DNA from: an uncultured Armatimonadia bacterium
GTDB lineage: Bacteria; Armatimonadota; Zipacnadia; CAVVLO01
NCBI GenBank assembly: GCA_963749155.1
Contig: CAVVLO010000005.1
Coordinates: 256,001-320,000, forward strand
DNA length: 64,000 bases
Direction of reading: 5' to 3'
The notes under the pieces were generated by a model that had not been told where the DNA came from, searched no databases, and saw nothing but the letters and a program-made list of their open reading frames with translations. Below are positions 61,561 through 64,000 of the stretch, piece by piece. Every line of letters begins with the position of its first letter. Position 1 is the first letter of the stretch. Both the position numbers and the translations under genes were made by a program.

Positions 61561-62067
61561 GTGAGTAATTATCGCGAAGAAGAGCAGGCTCCAGAGTTTG
61601 AGGAGCGCGTAGTCCGTATAGACAGAGTTCAGAAGACCACCAAAGGCGCCCGCATTTTGCGCTGGCGCGTAGTTGCCGCCGTAGGCGATGGCAAAGGCCG
61701 TGTAGGCCTTGGCATCGGCAAGAGTCGCGACACCCGGGACGCCATCCGTAAAGCGCTTGATCGCGCCAAGCAGAATATGGTCACTATCCCCCTGCGCGGC
61801 ACCACCATCCCGCATAGCCTGGTCGGCCGACAGGGGGCTGCTCGCGTTATGCTCAAGCCCGCTTCTCCAGGTACTGGAGTTATTGCGGGAGGTTCTGTGC
61901 GCGCCGTTGTCGAACTTGCAGGAGTAAAAGATATCCTGTCGAAATCGTTGGGCAGTGATAACTCTGTCAACATCGCCAAGGCCACCTTCAATGGCCTGCG
62001 TCAGTTGAAGAGCGCCCAGCAACTTGCAGAAAAACGCGGCAAGACCTTGCAGGAGATTCTGGGTTAG
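61561..62067 (+). CDS. rpsE: 30S ribosomal protein S5
   Basis: RVQKTTKG.R, VGDGKGRVG, PASPGTGVIAGG and KSLGS.N motifs; AGGAGG RBS. Confidence 0.95.
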   Translation: MSNYREEEQAPEFEERVVRIDRVQKTTKGARILRWRVVAAVGDGKGRVGLGIGKSRDTRDAIRKALDRAKQNMVTIPLRGTTIPHSLVGRQGAARVMLKPASPGTGVIAGGSVRAVVELAGVKDILSKSLGSDNSVNIAKATFNGLRQLKSAQQLAEKRGKTLQEILG

Positions 62068-62199
62068 TAAAGAACAGGTGCTTGTGTGGTGGCCATGTGG
62101 TGGTATACTGGGGTAGGCTCGAAGATCATGGGCTTTACGGCTTAGGCCGAGAGCGAATAGAAGCAGGTTGCACCTTTCGAAACAAGGAGGTGACACCCA

Positions 62200-62415
62200 G
62201 TGAAAGGCCAAATTAGCCCAGCAGTCGCCGTAGTGGTGATTATTATCGTGTTGGTGCTGCTGTATGTGGCTTGGCAGCTTATCTACGGCAAAAAGACCGA
62301 GACCGCGCCGCCAATCGCACCCGCAGGTAACATGACTCTCCCGGCCACGCCGGACGGTTCGTCGGCTACACCGCCTGCGGCTCCAGTTGCTCCGCCCGCC
62401 CCACCAGGAGGGTAA
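62200..62415 (+). CDS. Small protein with an N-terminal TM helix and Pro/Ala-rich tail
   Basis: AAGGAGGTG RBS and GTG start; followed by a hairpin. Confidence 0.75.
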   Translation: MKGQISPAVAVVVIIIVLVLLYVAWQLIYGKKTETAPPIAPAGNMTLPATPDGSSATPPAAPVAPPAPPGG

Positions 62416-62442
62416 GGAGACACTGGGAGTCAAGCACGCACA

Positions 62443-62470
62443 GAAACAAGGGTCTGAGGGCCCTTGTTTC
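62443..62470 (+). terminator. Terminator-like hairpin
   Basis: gaaacaaggg-tctgaggg-cccttgtttc. Confidence 0.55.
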
Positions 62471-62578
62471 CTGAATGATTATATTGATAAGGTGTTACAA
62501 CAATCGCCACGCAACAGCCTTTGGGCCGCGTGGCGATTGTTGTTTCAAGCCTTTTACCCCCTTGGAGGTGCCTTGGTA

Positions 62579-62951
62579 ATGGATGACTTCGATCAAAGTG
62601 AGCAGTCTGAAGACGCCAATCCGCTGCCTGAAGCGACGGTCCAGGATTATTTGATGCAGTTTGTTGCTATGCTGGCCTCCCAGACCTGGGTCCGGCTGGG
62701 CCTGATGGTAAGTCCCTCAACAGGCAAACAGGAAACCGATTTGGAGCAAGCGCGCCTTGCAATCAACGTAATCGAATACCTGATTGATCAGCTCGAGCCT
62801 GGCTCTGCCCGTCGATGCAAAACGCGAACTCAATACTCTGGAATCCAACCTCAAGCTGAACTATGTAGAACGCAAGACCGCGGAAGAACGCGCTCAGGCT
62901 GAGGCTTCTGCCGCCTCTGACGATTCTGAGGACTCTCCCGCCGATGCCTGA
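62579..62951 (+). CDS. DUF1844-domain protein, frameshift near 62803
   Basis: LGL..P.TG....DLEQARLAI; the repaired end has NLKLNYV and stops at TGA 62951. Confidence 0.75.
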
Positions 62952-63945
62952 GACTGGCTGCAGAGTCGAAGTAACTCGCTGTGGCAGGCTGGAGTCACTT
63001 CATCACTGCGCTGCTGTGGTGTGCGCGCCCTCGGGTGAAGTGGTTGCTGCCTATGGAGACTGGCAGAGGTCTGCCTATCTGCGTTCCTGCGGGAAGTTCC
63101 TCCAGGCGGCCATACTGCCGATAACAGGCTCGGACCTCGCCTTGGCTCTCGACCTTTCAGAAATCGCTATCGCCTGCGGAAGTCACGGCGCGCGTCCTGA
63201 CCAACTAGCTGCCATACGCAGCCTGCTCGCCAAAGCTGGGCTGGATGAATCTTTCTTCCAATGCAAGCCGCATCCCCCTCTCGAAGAATCAGTCACCCTT
63301 GCGCTTGCCAGAGCCGGTCTTGAGCCCACCGCCATATGCAACAACTGCTCAGGCAAGCATGCTTCGATGCTGGCTGTCTCGAGGCTCCGGGGCTGGCCAC
63401 TTGAGACTTATATGAGGCCCGATCACCCAGTCCAGCAACTGGCCTTGCGCTGTGTTGCGGAGTTCTGCGGGCTGGCTCCCGAGGCCATCCCGCTGGGGAT
63501 TGATGGCTGTGGAGTGCCGGTATTTTGGGTATCATTAAGTCAGACTGCAACCGGATTTGCCCGGTTTGCCAGTGGGGAAGGTTTATCTGAGGAGCTTGCC
63601 AGTGCCGCCTCGCGCCTAAGGCAGGCTATATCGGCCTATCCTGAGTTGACGACGACGCTAACTTTCCCGGCGCTCAAGTTGATGCAGGCGACGGGCTGTC
63701 GGGTTCTCAGTAAGGGTGGTGCAGAGGGCCTGATTGCAGCCGGAGATACGAAGACAGGCCTGGGTTTCGCCGTGAAAGCGCTTGATGGAAGCCATCGGGC
63801 AAGTGGCCCAATGCTGCTTGAGCTCATAAAACGCCATCTCGACCTGCCGGAGGAGACCTTGATGGAACTCGCTCCCTTCCGGGAAGTCATATTGCAAGAA
63901 GGCCCTGAGGGGCCTGTCGCGGAGGCGAAACCTTATCTCGATTAA
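62944..63945 (+). CDS. L-asparaginase II (Rhizobium AnsA type)
   Basis: RSCGK, CGSH, NNCSGKH, DGCG and KGGAEG motifs. Confidence 0.9.
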   Translation: MPETGCRVEVTRCGRLESLHHCAAVVCAPSGEVVAAYGDWQRSAYLRSCGKFLQAAILPITGSDLALALDLSEIAIACGSHGARPDQLAAIRSLLAKAGLDESFFQCKPHPPLEESVTLALARAGLEPTAICNNCSGKHASMLAVSRLRGWPLETYMRPDHPVQQLALRCVAEFCGLAPEAIPLGIDGCGVPVFWVSLSQTATGFARFASGEGLSEELASAASRLRQAISAYPELTTTLTFPALKLMQATGCRVLSKGGAEGLIAAGDTKTGLGFAVKALDGSHRASGPMLLELIKRHLDLPEETLMELAPFREVILQEGPEGPVAEAKPYLD

Positions 63946-64000
63946 GAGGCCAGGTATACTGGTTCTGCTTGGGCTGTTGCTTCTGTCAGCGTCGGCACTT

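Overview
64 kb of GC-rich bacterial chromosome, probably from an uncultured lineage. The DUF6785-type membrane protein and the many unclassified secreted glycoside-hydrolase-like proteins suggest Armatimonadota or a similar group; this is inference. Contents, in order: a Zn/Mn ABC transporter; a carbohydrate-active block; a long ftsH-ftcD-fhs-folPBK-pilC-dnaJ-panBCD-nadC-birA-apgM cofactor operon; GH26 and surface-protein genes; TPR-pilT; two tandem small membrane-protein paralogues; glmS with a clear glmS ribozyme; an accessory block at 44.9-56.1 kb; GH2; prs-rplY-pth; a stand-alone rpsE; DUF1844; asparaginase II. In the accessory block, four copies of a modular, hairpin-rich repeat separate three co-oriented gene cassettes. 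The best candidate for an undescribed system is the middle cassette: an opine-dehydrogenase-family gene coupled to a single-chain B12-binding protein that resembles a glutamate-mutase S+E fusion. About 15 genes, including ftsH and glmS, carry small frameshifts that are most likely long-read errors, so coordinates below are corrected by eye. No rRNA, tRNA, CRISPR array, integrase or transposase was seen. All family assignments come from motif recognition, not database searches.
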